A stretch of 61,259 nucleotides of DNA from Candidatus Uhrbacteria bacterium CG10_big_fil_rev_8_21_14_0_10_48_11. GTDB taxonomy: Bacteria > Patescibacteriota > Patescibacteriia > GWA2-46-9. The DNA lies in NCBI GenBank assembly GCA_002793855.1, contig PFET01000009.1, positions 87,749 through 149,007 of the forward strand, in the 5' to 3' direction. Both the position numbers and the translations under genes were made by a program. Below, piece after piece: positions 37,411-48,441 of the stretch; position 1 is the stretch's first letter; the number at the start of each line of letters is the position of its first letter. The notes beneath the pieces were generated by a model. That model made no database searches. It saw only the letters and a list, made by a program, of their open reading frames with translations, and was not told the origin of the DNA.

Positions 37411-38673
37411 CTACTCTTCTTCGAAATATTCTCGACCTTCTAACTCATCCGGTAAAAAGCTTTGCTCAATTTTTTCTCCACGCTTCTTCGCCTCTGGTGT
37501 GTACTGATAATTTTTTCCATACCCTAAATCTTTCATCAACTTGGTCGGCACATTACGTAAATGAATCGGCACGGGCAATGTTCCGTACTCTCGAATATCT
37601 TCAGTAACCCGGCGGTAGGCGCTATACACCTCATTTGATTTTGGCGCCTTGGCAAGATATCCCGCAACCTCGGCCAGTATTACGTTACATTCTGGCATAC
37701 CAATAAAATGCGCTGCCTGGTACCCAGCAACCGCAACGCCTAGCGCGCTTGGGTCGGCAAGCCCGACATCTTCACTGGCAAAGCGAACCATCCGCCGCGC
37801 AACATAAAGCGGATCTTCCCCTGCCTCTAGCATCCTACCTAACCAGTAAATTGAAGCACTAACGTCTGAGCCGCGCATACTCTTATGCAGTGCCGAGATA
37901 ATGTTGTAGTGCTCTTCCCCCCCCTTGTCATAGCGTAGATAAGCCGTCTGCAGTGCCCCCACGATATCGTCTTTTGTTACATCGCTTCGTTTTTGTCGGG
38001 CGGCGGCTTGCGTCGAAAACTCTAATGAGTTAAGGGCAACGCGAGCATCTCCGTCCGCAACTTCGGCTAGGTGACGAAGTGTCGCACTTGAAATTCTAAA
38101 ATCTTTGTCACCAAGACCATTTTCCGAATTATTAAGCGCCCTCTCGACAATTGCCGCAATGGCGTCAGTGGAAAGCTTTTGCAGGGTGTAAACGCGACAA
38201 CGGGACAAAAGGGCGCTCACCACCTCGAACGAAGGGTTCTCCGTCGTTGCACCAATAAGCGTAATGGTACCGTTCTCTACAAACGGTAACAATGCATCTT
38301 GTTGTGATTTACTCCACCGATGAATTTCGTCGATAAAAAGAATGGTGCGCTTGCCATAGAGCGCCTGCCGTTCTGCCGCAACCGCAATGACCTTGCGCAA
38401 TGCCGTGACACCGTCGGTCACTGCATGAAAGCTCACGAACGACGCGCCTGTCATCTTTGCGACAATGCGGGCAAGCGTTGTTTTGCCAGAACCAGGTGGT
38501 CCCCACAAAATCATTGACGGTACTTCGTCTGCTTGAATAGCTTGCCGCAACATCGCCCCTTCCCCAATGATGTCTTCCTGCCCGTAAAAATCCTCTAGCG
38601 TTTCTGGCCGCATACGGTCTGCAAGCGGACTGGTTGTTTTCTTTTGCTGTTCGTTAGAAAAGAGATCGTTCAT
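37411..38673 (-). CDS. rarA: Replication-associated recombination protein A (MgsA/RarA)
   Basis: PLADRMRP, GPPGSGKTT, FIDEIHR, ATTENPSFE, ISALHKSMRGSD and ASEDVGLAD motifs. Confidence 0.95.
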   Translation of the reverse strand: MNDLFSNEQQKKTTSPLADRMRPETLEDFYGQEDIIGEGAMLRQAIQADEVPSMILWGPPGSGKTTLARIVAKMTGASFVSFHAVTDGVTALRKVIAVAAERQALYGKRTILFIDEIHRWSKSQQDALLPFVENGTITLIGATTENPSFEVVSALLSRCRVYTLQKLSTDAIAAIVERALNNSENGLGDKDFRISSATLRHLAEVADGDARVALNSLEFSTQAAARQKRSDVTKDDIVGALQTAYLRYDKGGEEHYNIISALHKSMRGSDVSASIYWLGRMLEAGEDPLYVARRMVRFASEDVGLADPSALGVAVAGYQAAHFIGMPECNVILAEVAGYLAKAPKSNEVYSAYRRVTEDIREYGTLPVPIHLRNVPTKLMKDLGYGKNYQYTPEAKKRGEKIEQSFLPDELEGREYFEEE

Positions 38674-38936
38674 AGCGTTATTTTAATTTGTTTCTTTCGC
38701 CCGTGCGCACCGGACAGTATCCGTACGTGCGCTACCGGTACACTAAAGGCATCTGCCAAGTATTCACTCAACTTATCGTTCGCTTTGCCTTTTTCTGGTT
38801 GGGCAGCAACCTCTATCTTCACCGTACCGTCAGTCAGAACGCCTCTTGCTTGCGTTTTTGATCTGCCGGGCAACACCGAAACCGTAATCACCACAGAGCC
38901 CTTACGTAAAATTGTTTCTCGCTCGTCTTCCCACAT
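38670..38936 (-). CDS. DUF167 (YggU-like) protein
   Basis: V-x-P-G-x-x-K...VKIEVAAQPEKGKAN...L...I-x-SG-x-x-x-RKK-x-I-x-I. The start is placed at ATG 38936. Confidence 0.8.
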   Translation of the reverse strand: MWEDERETILRKGSVVITVSVLPGRSKTQARGVLTDGTVKIEVAAQPEKGKANDKLSEYLADAFSVPVAHVRILSGAHGRKKQIKITL

Positions 38937-39052
38937 ATACGCCAGTTTACCCCCTGAAGGAGTGCCCGCGCAACCGCAAAAACAGAAAATTCGCCACGTC
39001 TCCATTTACCATTGATAGAAAGTGAAAATGCCGTTATAGTGCATTTCATTGC

Positions 39053-39129
39053 CGGGCTGTAGCGCAGTTGGCTAGCGCGCGTCGTTCGGGACGACGAGGT
39101 CGCGGGTTCAAGTCCCGCCAGCCCGACCA
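39053..39129 (+). tRNA. tRNA-Pro (anticodon CGG), CCA encoded
   Basis: Acceptor stem CGGGCTG/CAGCCCG, anticodon arm CGTCG-TTCGGGA-CGACG and T-loop GGTTCAAGTCC. A TTGATA-N17-TATAGT promoter lies at 39012-39040. Confidence 0.97.
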
Positions 39130-39533
39130 TTAAATTTCTTTGTATATAAACAAAAAAGAACTAAGGAGCTAGCAACCAACAAGGCCGTTGCTAGCACAAA
39201 ACCGTTTGACAGAAACTTCATTTGGATTCCGAAAGAGGCATTCAATCCGATTCGGCGTTACTTCGTCAGAGAAATAAATCTGCTCCAAAGAGGAGTAAGC
39301 TATCGCTCAAGCGCACTTTTTTTTCATCTACGCGCAGTGGAGCAAGAACACTATGCTTTTCTGCACAAGGACGTTGGCAACGTCGCGCGATTTCCTCTTT
39401 TGGTACCCATTCATTTTTTTATTTGACCTCATCCCCTATATTATCTTTTGCACGATTAAGAGAAAATCACTTCGCTCCTTTTTTGAATGTTCTCTTCTAG
39501 ATCAAAATACTCAGCGCCATTAAATTTATTTTT

Positions 39534-40679
39534 TTAACCCTTTGCCCTTCTCGAACGTACCGCTCGTTCACTGCCCACTGCTTCGCTGATAGTATCAAAA
39601 CCGTCTTTTTTTAAAAGCTTTACTAGCCCCCTATTAATTTCGCCAATAAGTTGCGGGCCTTCAAAAATCATTCCGGTGATGACTTGCACCAATGATGCAC
39701 CTGCCTTTATCTTTTCGTACGCGTCAGCGGCAGAAAATATACCACCGCAACCAATGACAACATAATTCCCTTGGGCGCGTTGATATACATAACGGACAAG
39801 CTCGGTTGATAGATCTTGCACCGGCTTGCCGCCAATGCCCCCCTTTTGTGATACGTTTGCGTCAATAATAGTTTTGTTTGCCCTGTTCTTTGTAAGGTTC
39901 GTGCAGATAAACCCGTGCACTCGATGTTGCTTGGCGGTTTCAAGAATTGCATCTACTTCAGCAAATGTAAGATCCGCGGACAGCTTCAAAAAAATTGGTT
40001 TCGTTATTTTAATTTCATCAATGCTGGTAAGTAAGGAGTCCAGTTTGTTGGGATCAGTAAACGGTTCGCCACCATAAGCGTTTGGGCAACTGATATTTAT
40101 AGTTGCGTAAGCTCCTACGTTTTTTAGTTCGACAAATGCTTTTGTATAATCTGCTATACCGCGGCTAACATCAACCGTGTCGGGACTGTTCGTTTTGGCA
40201 ATGCTAACGCCCGTAGGAATGGTAAATTTTTTTTGCTTCAAGTTTTTTGTAATGCGCTCACAGCCATCATTTTTTAGCCCATAATAAACGACTAGTCCTT
40301 TTGATTTAGGCAGTCTCCAAAGACGGGGTTTTGCGTTGCCAGCACAAGGTTCGCCGGTGACTGATCCAACCTCGACAAAACCAAACCCGACCGAGGGCAA
40401 TAGGTCGGTAAGCTCTCCGTTTTTATCAAAGCCCGCAGCAAGCCCGACAGGATTTGTAAATTTAATGCCTAAAATTGTTTGCTCTAATTTTTTGTGTTTG
40501 TACGAAAATAATATTTTCGTAGTAAAACGAAACGCCGAGCAACGCCCTAATACTTTACCAACGCGAATAATGCCGTCATGCACTACTTCGGGGTCAAACC
40601 TAAAGAAAATTGGTTTAGCAATGTATGCGTATAAAAAATGACTACACCAATTTCGAATGGCTGTTCCTATTTCTATCAT
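39534..40679 (-). CDS. pyrD: Quinone-dependent dihydroorotate dehydrogenase (class 2)
   Basis: [35 protein letters not shown] and GASLVQ motifs. Confidence 0.92.
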   Translation of the reverse strand: MIEIGTAIRNWCSHFLYAYIAKPIFFRFDPEVVHDGIIRVGKVLGRCSAFRFTTKILFSYKHKKLEQTILGIKFTNPVGLAAGFDKNGELTDLLPSVGFGFVEVGSVTGEPCAGNAKPRLWRLPKSKGLVVYYGLKNDGCERITKNLKQKKFTIPTGVSIAKTNSPDTVDVSRGIADYTKAFVELKNVGAYATINISCPNAYGGEPFTDPNKLDSLLTSIDEIKITKPIFLKLSADLTFAEVDAILETAKQHRVHGFICTNLTKNRANKTIIDANVSQKGGIGGKPVQDLSTELVRYVYQRAQGNYVVIGCGGIFSAADAYEKIKAGASLVQVITGMIFEGPQLIGEINRGLVKLLKKDGFDTISEAVGSERAVRSRRAKG

Positions 40680-41431
40680 TGGTCTTGCGTACTTTTTTGA
40701 AAAAGTCCACCTTGTAATACCCCAAGGCGATGTAGCCGATAACTTACCGCAGTTATCACTACCCCGAAACCGTAACGAATACTGCGCATAAAATTAATAG
40801 ATGACGCTTCTGGAAAATACCGAGCCGGACAAGAGACCTCGCCAACGTGATAACCAAAGTAGAGAGCCTCAGCCAACATTTGGTTGTCAAAAATGAAATC
40901 GTTAGAGTTTCGTGAAAGCGGCAAGGTTTCCAGCACGGCGCGAGAAAATGCTCGGTAGCCAGTATGATACTCTGACAGACGCTTGCCGGTACATACATTT
41001 TCAAACCACGTTAAAAAACGGTTGGCCACATATTTGTATAACGGCATACCGTTTTTGTATGCACCTTCCGAAATGAACCGTGAGCCAAGCACAGCGTCAA
41101 ACTGGCCGTTCGCTACTAACGCCGCCATGGGTACAATTAACTTAGGGGTGTACTGATAGTCCGGATGAAGCATCACTACCACGTCAGCACCGGCAGAAAG
41201 CGCCGCACGATAGCATGTTTTTTGGTTAGCTCCGTAGCCAAGATTGGTATCGTGAACAATAGTTGTTATACCTAGCTCGTTTGCAATACGCGCCGTCTCG
41301 TCATTGCTCTTGTCGTCAACCAAAATAACCTCGTCTACATACGCTTTAGGTATTTCGCTGTAGGTGCGCGCCAATGTTTTTGCCGCATTGTACGCGGGCA
41401 TGACGACAACAATTTTTTTGTCGAACAGCAT
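40676..41431 (-). CDS. Glycosyltransferase family 2
   Basis: [35 protein letters not shown] and GSRF motifs. Confidence 0.9.
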   Translation of the reverse strand: MLFDKKIVVVMPAYNAAKTLARTYSEIPKAYVDEVILVDDKSNDETARIANELGITTIVHDTNLGYGANQKTCYRAALSAGADVVVMLHPDYQYTPKLIVPMAALVANGQFDAVLGSRFISEGAYKNGMPLYKYVANRFLTWFENVCTGKRLSEYHTGYRAFSRAVLETLPLSRNSNDFIFDNQMLAEALYFGYHVGEVSCPARYFPEASSINFMRSIRYGFGVVITAVSYRLHRLGVLQGGLFQKSTQDQ

Positions 41432-41448
41432 ACCCGGGCAAAATATTC

Positions 41449-42204
41449 TTAGAGACTCTTTTTATCGAGAGACCCTTGAAGCGCGCTTAGCACTTCTATT
41501 GGTATGGCAAACACGATGGTGTTAGATTGGTCGCTCGAAATGTCATTAATGCTATTGAGCGTTCTTAGATGCAGTGCACCTGGGCTTCCGCCCAAAATTT
41601 TTGCCGCTCGCTGTAGGTTCTCTGCGGCAACCACTTCACCTTCAGAGTTAATAATAACGGCACGGCGCTCACGCTCCGCCTCAGCTTGCTTGGCAATGGT
41701 ACGAACCATCTCTTCCGGCAGTACAATATCTTTTAACTCTACCGAGTCAACTTTAATACCCCACGGATCACTCGCCTTGTCGACAATTTCCCTGATACGT
41801 TCTGCTGCGGCGTCTCTGTTTGAAAGTAGTTCGTCCAAGGTCATTTCACCAACAACGTTTCGCATTGTCGTCTGCGCCAGCTGAGAAACAGCGTTGCGAT
41901 AATCTTCAACCTCAATAATTACTTTTTGCGAATCGGTAATGCGATAGTAAAGCACGGCATTGACACGCGCTGAAACGTTATCTTTGGTAATGGTTTCTTG
42001 ATACGGTACGTCAACGACTTTTACACGAATGTCCACCTTGGTCATACTCTGCACAATCGGCCAAACAAGGCGCCATCCCGGATCGACAAGACGCTTAAAT
42101 TTTCCAAACTGAAACTTAACACCGCGCTGATACTGCTCGACCTGACGAATACTGATAACTACGATAAACAAAACAACACCAAGAAAAACATAGAGACCGG
42201 CCAT
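41449..42204 (-). CDS. SPFH/slipin (stomatin-like) protein
   Basis: [22 protein letters not shown]-x-R, WGIKV-x-x-VE-x-KD and AEAERERRA motifs. The start is placed at ATG 42204. Confidence 0.9.
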   Translation of the reverse strand: MAGLYVFLGVVLFIVVISIRQVEQYQRGVKFQFGKFKRLVDPGWRLVWPIVQSMTKVDIRVKVVDVPYQETITKDNVSARVNAVLYYRITDSQKVIIEVEDYRNAVSQLAQTTMRNVVGEMTLDELLSNRDAAAERIREIVDKASDPWGIKVDSVELKDIVLPEEMVRTIAKQAEAERERRAVIINSEGEVVAAENLQRAAKILGGSPGALHLRTLNSINDISSDQSNTIVFAIPIEVLSALQGSLDKKSL

Positions 42205-42476
42205 AGGACTTAATAGGTTAAGCGAACTAAAGAGAGAAATATTATCAAAGATAAGCGGTAAAACAAAAATGATAACCAGCAAACGAATAACTCCCGTTAC
42301 CTGCTTTGTCGTCTTTTTTTGAACTGACCAATCAACTTCTGCAGCTGTTCATCCGGCGTTGGCTCCTTTTGTCGCGGCATATATATTTAAGTGTAGCCGA
42401 AAATAATAGCGACCGCCATAGCAAAGTATGGATAAAAAAGCTTGTAAAATTGATTAAAACATGGTATGGTATAAAT

Positions 42477-43178
42477 ATGGATGCCTCCAGAAATCCTTTC
42501 AAAAAATTTTTCAATAAAGACAGAATCGGAACCGGATCTCACTTTGTTGAAGGTGACGACAGAGCTGGCCCTACCGCACGGAAGTTCGGCAAGGGGCTCA
42601 GTGGGGACTTCTATAAAGCAAAATGGACTGCAGCCGGTACAAAACGCAATCTTACAAAAAACCTGTCGAAGGAAGATGTCAATTTCATAGACAAACTGGT
42701 TGGGCACGAACTTCGAGCGTTACCAAAAAATGCATCCGGACTAACCCGCTGGCAGGGGCGAAAATTGAAGTTAAAAGTATATCGTGCGTTTAAACGAGGA
42801 AAAACAGACGGCAGCCAGCAATTACATTTAAGCAAAGCTGATGTAAATGATGCGAGGAATATTATTGAGGCTCTCGGAGATAAGCACCTAGACTACTTAA
42901 GAGAAGGAGGACGATTCCCCCGAGGGGAGAGAAGTGAAGGCGAACCAAATAACTTCAAAACTAACAGGCAAAGAGGTGTCCTTATGTCCAGAACGAACGA
43001 CAGGGTCAAAGCAACAAGACATATTTCCCGTCTTAACACAACGTCAGATAGGCACGCTGAAAGTTTTAATACAGAACGACCTTCAAATCGATCAACGGGA
43101 ACTTTTCAAATTAGACAACAGATGTCGCGACCGAAACTAAATAAAAAGGAAGATCCTCCCGAAATGAACATTGGCTAG
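42477..43178 (+). CDS. Basic hypothetical protein (233 aa)
   Basis: TTGTAA-N17-TATGGT-N6-ATG 42477 is a leaderless promoter. The protein is K/R-rich with no recognised motif. Confidence 0.65.
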   Translation: MDASRNPFKKFFNKDRIGTGSHFVEGDDRAGPTARKFGKGLSGDFYKAKWTAAGTKRNLTKNLSKEDVNFIDKLVGHELRALPKNASGLTRWQGRKLKLKVYRAFKRGKTDGSQQLHLSKADVNDARNIIEALGDKHLDYLREGGRFPRGERSEGEPNNFKTNRQRGVLMSRTNDRVKATRHISRLNTTSDRHAESFNTERPSNRSTGTFQIRQQMSRPKLNKKEDPPEMNIG

Positions 43179-44194
43179 TTAAAAGAAAAGCTGGTGACGA
43201 TATGCGCAAAGGCGTCGGCTCCCCTGCCGGCGTTTGTGGCATCTCGGTAAATTAGACGAAACGTTTTTTGGTTTCTCGTAAACTGGTACTCCACTCGCTG
43301 TTCACCATTTACTGACCCGCTATAGCGTGCAGCGCTGACACCCCCTACGGTTGCATCCTCTTTTTGTAAACCAGCAACGTCAGTCGCAAACGCCGATAAT
43401 GGCAGATCGCTTACCTCTATTGCCACCAACCCCAAGGGGTCAGCGTTCAGTCCTGCAAGTGGTGCTGTATCCATAATGAGGTAATCATCGACATTGGGAT
43501 GTGTGCCGTCGATATCGTTCTTGTTGTCGTGTTCCCAATACCAAAGGCTTGGCCGGTCAATAGTGTAACCCACTGATCTGTTGGTATAGGATTCGAATGC
43601 AAGATTTGTAATGGGCGCGCTTGGGCCTGACGGTGTCGTCGTCCCCTCTGCTGGTTGAGTAGTTTTGCTGGTGGCTGGCGCAGGCTCGGTAGCTTTTGCT
43701 GGTTCGTCAGTAGCTTGGTTATTTTCAACTAGGCCACCCTGTAACACGTTGTCGCTCGCCAACGTAAACGATGCATCAACGCCATTGACGCTAACGGTAT
43801 AGTCCCCTTTCGAGAGACCAACAACGGGGAGTGAAATATTTTTCGTAAACGGAACGAGAGCTTGCGTACAAAAAACATCAGCTGCGCGCGTTGTTGGCAG
43901 CGTTACCGTAAAATGATTACCTGACTTATCTATTTTTGCTTCTGCCAATTTTGTACACCCATCCGCAAGGTTACCCGCTACCGCAAGCTGAATCTGTACG
44001 GGAAACGACTCCAGCGTATGTACTTCAACAGTATCAACCAAAACAAGGCCAGCGGTACTATTTTTTGTAGCAACGTTGTCCGCAACAGACGCATTAGACT
44101 GTTGTGGAATTGTTTTTGAACGCTCACGAGCATAGTAAGCGCCGGCAAAAGCCGCCAACACAATGACAGCAATAAGGAATACCGTTTTTTTCAT
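43175..44194 (-). CDS. Membrane-anchored two-domain exported protein
   Basis: N-terminal TM/signal segment, a beta domain with paired Cys (DGC...CTQALVPF), a P/T linker and a possibly PsbP-like C-terminal domain. TATACT-N7-ATG start. Confidence 0.75.
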   Translation of the reverse strand: MKKTVFLIAVIVLAAFAGAYYARERSKTIPQQSNASVADNVATKNSTAGLVLVDTVEVHTLESFPVQIQLAVAGNLADGCTKLAEAKIDKSGNHFTVTLPTTRAADVFCTQALVPFTKNISLPVVGLSKGDYTVSVNGVDASFTLASDNVLQGGLVENNQATDEPAKATEPAPATSKTTQPAEGTTTPSGPSAPITNLAFESYTNRSVGYTIDRPSLWYWEHDNKNDIDGTHPNVDDYLIMDTAPLAGLNADPLGLVAIEVSDLPLSAFATDVAGLQKEDATVGGVSAARYSGSVNGEQRVEYQFTRNQKTFRLIYRDATNAGRGADAFAHIVTSFSFN

Positions 44195-44209
44195 ACCAGT
44201 AAGTATACA

Positions 44210-45460
44210 CTATTCGTAACGTAACGCCTCTATGGGGTTTTTCCTTGCCGCTTGACGAGCTGGATACAGTCCAAAAATGAGTCCTACAAGACCAGACACA
44301 ATTAGTACCAAACTGGTGGCAAGTACCGGTATGGTAAACGGCCAAGTTAAACCAAGCACTTGAGTGATAATGATTGAAGCAAGAAAGGAAAGACCAAGAC
44401 CAATACTGATACCGATTAGCCCACCAAGACCCGTTAGTATAACTGCCTCCAAAATAAACTGTGTTAAAATGTCGCGCTCTGTTGCCCCGACGGCTTTTCG
44501 TAAGCCAATTTCTCTCGTTCTCTCGGTGACCGAGACCAGCATAATGTTCATAACACCAATACCGCCAACGACGAGTGAAATGGCAACGACAGCCGAAAGA
44601 AACACGGTAAGAATCCCAATAATGTTGCCCACCTGACTAATGAGTCCTTCGGGAGTGACCACAAAAAAATCGTCTTTGGTAGGATCGGTGATATTATGCG
44701 AAGCGCGCATAGTCGCCTCAACATCAGTAACGGTGCGCTCAACATTCTCTGCTTGATCTACTCGAATTAAAACCTCGTTATAAAAGTCGATGCCAAGCAG
44801 GTAGGTGCGGGCGGTGGTATAGGGAAGAATGACAAGGTCGTCGATATTAAAAAACGCAACTTGCCCTTTAGGCGGATACACTCCCACAATGCGGAAGGTC
44901 TTATTCTTTATCGTAATGATTTTACCGACTGCATCATCGAGCCCAAAAAGTTCCCGCTTAACCTTGTCGCCAATAACTGCAACGCTTGCGTTCGAACGTA
45001 TATCAGTATCGTCAAGGATGGTCCCCTTGTCGGGATAGACATCGAACATCTTTGATAAAAATGCTGCCGACCAGCCAATAACCTGCGCGTTGCGATAGGT
45101 TTCCCCTTGGTAAGCAACTGACCCCGGCACAATAAGCGCCGGTGCTATGTCTGCAAGATGTGGCACATTGCTTTTCCTCGAAAGCGCCTCAACATCTCGC
45201 TGTTTAAGCGAATCAGCAAATAGCGTTCCGGCGATATCTGATGGCCCCGTCGGTTCACGACCCGGACGAACCACGACAAGCTCCGCGCCGGTACCGGAGA
45301 GCTGACCTAAAATCAGCTCCTTCGAACTCTGCCCAACCGAGGCAATGACCATAATGGAAGTAATGCCAATGACGATGCCAAGAATAGTAAGACCAGAGCG
45401 CGATTTGTTAGCGCTAATACCACGAACGGCTGTCTTAATAGTGTTGGTGATTTTAGTCAT
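44210..45460 (-). CDS. ABC transporter permease, MacB/FtsX family
   Basis: RSGLTILGIVIG, GGIGVMNIMLVSVTERTREIG-x-RKAVGA and GLYPA-x-x-AA-x-x-NPIEALRYE motifs. Confidence 0.95.
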   Translation of the reverse strand: MTKITNTIKTAVRGISANKSRSGLTILGIVIGITSIMVIASVGQSSKELILGQLSGTGAELVVVRPGREPTGPSDIAGTLFADSLKQRDVEALSRKSNVPHLADIAPALIVPGSVAYQGETYRNAQVIGWSAAFLSKMFDVYPDKGTILDDTDIRSNASVAVIGDKVKRELFGLDDAVGKIITIKNKTFRIVGVYPPKGQVAFFNIDDLVILPYTTARTYLLGIDFYNEVLIRVDQAENVERTVTDVEATMRASHNITDPTKDDFFVVTPEGLISQVGNIIGILTVFLSAVVAISLVVGGIGVMNIMLVSVTERTREIGLRKAVGATERDILTQFILEAVILTGLGGLIGISIGLGLSFLASIIITQVLGLTWPFTIPVLATSLVLIVSGLVGLIFGLYPARQAARKNPIEALRYE

Positions 45461-46146
45461 CGGATTTTTGTATCCGTCGCAATCCGCCCATCCATGATGC
45501 GGATAGTTCGGTCTGCGTAGGCGGCAATATGGTCGTCATGCGTAATTACGAGAACGGTACGATGCTCGTCGCGATTCAGCTTTGTGATAATCTCCATAAT
45601 ACTTTTACCTGAAGCCGAGTCGAGGTTACCCGTCGGCTCGTCGGCAAGCAAAATTTCAGGCTCGTTAATGAGCGCACGGGCAATGGCGGCTCGCTGCATC
45701 TCGCCGCCAGATAGCTCTGAGGGTTCATGCTCTAAACGATGCGCGAGGCCAACAGCCGTCAGCGCCTTCTTTGCGCGTTCGTCCCACTCGGCACTTGGTA
45801 CCTCAGAGTACGCTAATGGCAATTTTGCGTTTTCTAAGACCGTTGTTCGCTTAAGTAAGTTAAAGGCTTGAAACACAAACCCTATTTTTTTATTGCGTAT
45901 ACGCGCGCGTTCAATTGGCGAATAGCTCGCAAATGTTCGGCCTTCAAATTCGTAGACTCCCCCTGTTGGTTCGTCGAGAAACGCTAAGATGTGTAATAGT
46001 GTTGACTTTCCGGAACCGGATGGCCCCATGATTGCCACAAACTCCCCTCGCTCGATAGAAAAGGTAATATCGTGAAGCACCGTCGTTTTGACACCTTAGC
46101 CAAAGTAGGTCTTCGAAAGATTTTTGGCACTGATGAGAGGTGTCAT
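45457..46146 (-). pseudogene. ABC transporter ATP-binding protein (MacB/LolD-like) with in-frame TAA at codon 17
   Basis: MTPLISAKNLSKTYFG*GVKTTVLHDITF, with TAA at 46096-46098. Walker A (GPSGSGKST), signature (LSGGE) and Walker B (LADEPT) are intact downstream. Confidence 0.8.
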
Positions 46147-46170
46147 GGGCAGATAACATGCCCCAATGGC

Positions 46171-47913
46171 TTAATTCTTAATCTCGTTAACAATAATTTG
46201 ATCACCTTCGCTAATGCCGCTCGTTACTTCTATGTTGCCCGTTGAACCACGAAGTCCTGTTTCAATCTGTACCGTTTCAGGAAGACCATTTTTAAGTACC
46301 CGAACTGCTCGTTGACCATTATCAGTAAACACGGCGCGTTGCGGAATAATGATAGCGTCAGTACGGGTGCCACTCATAATGGTTACGTTTGCGGTCATAC
46401 CTGAGCGAACACGCTCGTCAGGTGTCGTAAATTGCAACACCACCCGATAGGTAGAAACGCCCTCGATAACGGTTTCTGCTGGGTCGATGCTACTAATAGT
46501 CGCGTCAAACGCCACTTCGTCACCATAAGCATCGAGCGTCACCGTTGCTGTGTCGCCAACATGCACTTTGGCAATGTCTGCTTCTGGTACGTAAGATTTA
46601 ATTTCAAAAGTAGCTTCAGAAATAAGTGCGATAGCAGATGCGCTAGACGCGACAATTTCACCAGCAGTGACGTCTCTAGCGGTAACAACACCATCAATGG
46701 GCGAACGCAATATTGACTTACCATACTCTGCGTCCGCGCTTGCAAGGTTGGCGTTGGCACGATCGATCTCTGCCTTCTGCGATGCCACACTTGCTTCCGC
46801 TTGTCGTACCGCAGCTTCTTTTGCGGCCAACTGCTCGGCGGTTGGTCCAGAGAGCGTAATGCTTAGTTGATCTTTAGCAACCGCAAGCGCTTGCTCGGCA
46901 TCACTTACTACTGCCGTCGCTTTTGAAATAACAGCAGTATTGCTTGCCTTTTGTGCGGCAATGGCCTGCTGCACACCAGTAACGCTGGAAATAGCGGTAT
47001 TTACGTTTGAGCGCGCGGTATTAAGACTAGTTCGATACGACGTTTGGTTAGCCGCCGAAAGACTGGTAGAAACGTTGATGGTGTCATTCAGCCTCGATAG
47101 AAAATCTCGAATGGTGCTAAGCTTCGCTGCCGCCGCAATTAACGCGCTATCAACCGCTGCCTGATCAGTAACACTAACGTCAGCAAGCGACTGCAAGGAT
47201 GCCAAAATAATACCGGAGGTAAGCCTCCCCTGCTCCGAATCTATTTGCGCCTGACTATCAGCCGTCACAAAACTCAACTTAGGATTATTCGAGGCGTCAT
47301 CGGTAAAGAAGTCATCAATCTGTTTATTCACCGCATCGTCTGCCTCGCGGTACGCCTCATGAAGTGCGTCTACGGCGTCACCGTAGCCGTTTGCCAAATC
47401 GGTGGTCGCGGTTACTTTGGTGTTTGCAAGAGAAACCCTTGCGTCACTTACTGTTTGTTCAGCTCGGCTAACCTGTGTTTTTGCTAGTTGTATTTGTTCT
47501 TGAGTAGAACCCTGTTTTAGTTCTGCTAGTTGTGCCTGTGCAGTATCAAGCGCTGCCTGGTACTGACCAAGGTGGGCTGTGGCACTCGCCACTGCCGCGC
47601 GCGCTTCTGCAATACTGGCACTTTGGGTTGCTGCCTCTAACCGAACCAGAGGCGCATTCTTTTTGACGTGGTCACCAACTTTTACCAGCACCTCGGCAAC
47701 CCGACCACCGCGCTCAAAGGCAAGAGTCACATCGGTCGCCGCCTCTACGTGACCCGTTACGTCAACGGTCTGCGTGATAGTGCCACGTATTGCCGTTGTG
47801 GTTTCGTATGTTGGTCCGGATGACCTGCCAAACTGCAAATAGGCAACACCACCAATGACAACCAAAACGGCAATACTAATAACAATCTTAGTTTTCGAAA
47901 AAGCTAACTGCAC
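46171..47913 (-). CDS. Efflux RND/MacA-type periplasmic adaptor with long coiled-coil insert
   Basis: V-x-VGD-x-VKK-x-x-PL-x-x-L lipoyl half-motif, LRSPIDGVV, V-x-EADIA and GM(T)ANV motifs. Confidence 0.88.
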   Translation of the reverse strand: MQLAFSKTKIVISIAVLVVIGGVAYLQFGRSSGPTYETTTAIRGTITQTVDVTGHVEAATDVTLAFERGGRVAEVLVKVGDHVKKNAPLVRLEAATQSASIAEARAAVASATAHLGQYQAALDTAQAQLAELKQGSTQEQIQLAKTQVSRAEQTVSDARVSLANTKVTATTDLANGYGDAVDALHEAYREADDAVNKQIDDFFTDDASNNPKLSFVTADSQAQIDSEQGRLTSGIILASLQSLADVSVTDQAAVDSALIAAAAKLSTIRDFLSRLNDTINVSTSLSAANQTSYRTSLNTARSNVNTAISSVTGVQQAIAAQKASNTAVISKATAVVSDAEQALAVAKDQLSITLSGPTAEQLAAKEAAVRQAEASVASQKAEIDRANANLASADAEYGKSILRSPIDGVVTARDVTAGEIVASSASAIALISEATFEIKSYVPEADIAKVHVGDTATVTLDAYGDEVAFDATISSIDPAETVIEGVSTYRVVLQFTTPDERVRSGMTANVTIMSGTRTDAIIIPQRAVFTDNGQRAVRVLKNGLPETVQIETGLRGSTGNIEVTSGISEGDQIIVNEIKN

Positions 47914-47921
47914 AATGATAC

Positions 47922-48380
47922 CTAATGCAGATAACGGCTACGGCGGCGCCACTTAAATACCAACCAGCGATCTAACCCCCAGATTTCACCAGCACGAAGG
48001 GTAATTAGTAGCCCAAGAGCCATGATATAAATAATATGTTGATCAATTAAAAACCCATTACTCACGTAGGGAAAGTTCAGCCCAGGTAAATAGTAAAGCA
48101 GCATCAGTAGCATACCGAGCGAGCCAGCGAAGCGTACAAAGACACCCAAAATTAGTGCAATGCCAAGCAACGTTAACCCCCACTCGTTTATCAGGTTTAC
48201 CCAGCCAATATTGAGGGGTGTTGCAAGCCATGCGTAAAGCGCAGGAAAGGTGTTGGCGTTTGCTAAATAACCGGCGGCAGACCAAGATGCGTTTGTTAAC
48301 TTCGAAATACCGGCATACAAAAAGAGCGACCCTAAAGTGAGACGCAGTAGTACTAACCAAACTTTTGCAAAACGTGTCAT
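47922..48380 (-). CDS. DoxX/DoxD-like membrane protein
   Basis: LLRLTLGSLFLYAGISK, G-x-ALILG-x-FVR-x-A and GLDRWL motifs. Confidence 0.85.
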   Translation of the reverse strand: MTRFAKVWLVLLRLTLGSLFLYAGISKLTNASWSAAGYLANANTFPALYAWLATPLNIGWVNLINEWGLTLLGIALILGVFVRFAGSLGMLLMLLYYLPGLNFPYVSNGFLIDQHIIYIMALGLLITLRAGEIWGLDRWLVFKWRRRSRYLH

Positions 48381-48441
48381 AGGATAGAATTAATTCGTCG
48401 TCATTTTACCAGAATTGCCCTAATTTTGCAAGCCCCAGAAG

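Noticed and set aside
39196-39533. Gene in the gap after tRNA-Pro (track ORF 39222-39500)
   Set aside because: No recognisable motif or start signal. It is at most an unidentifiable remnant.
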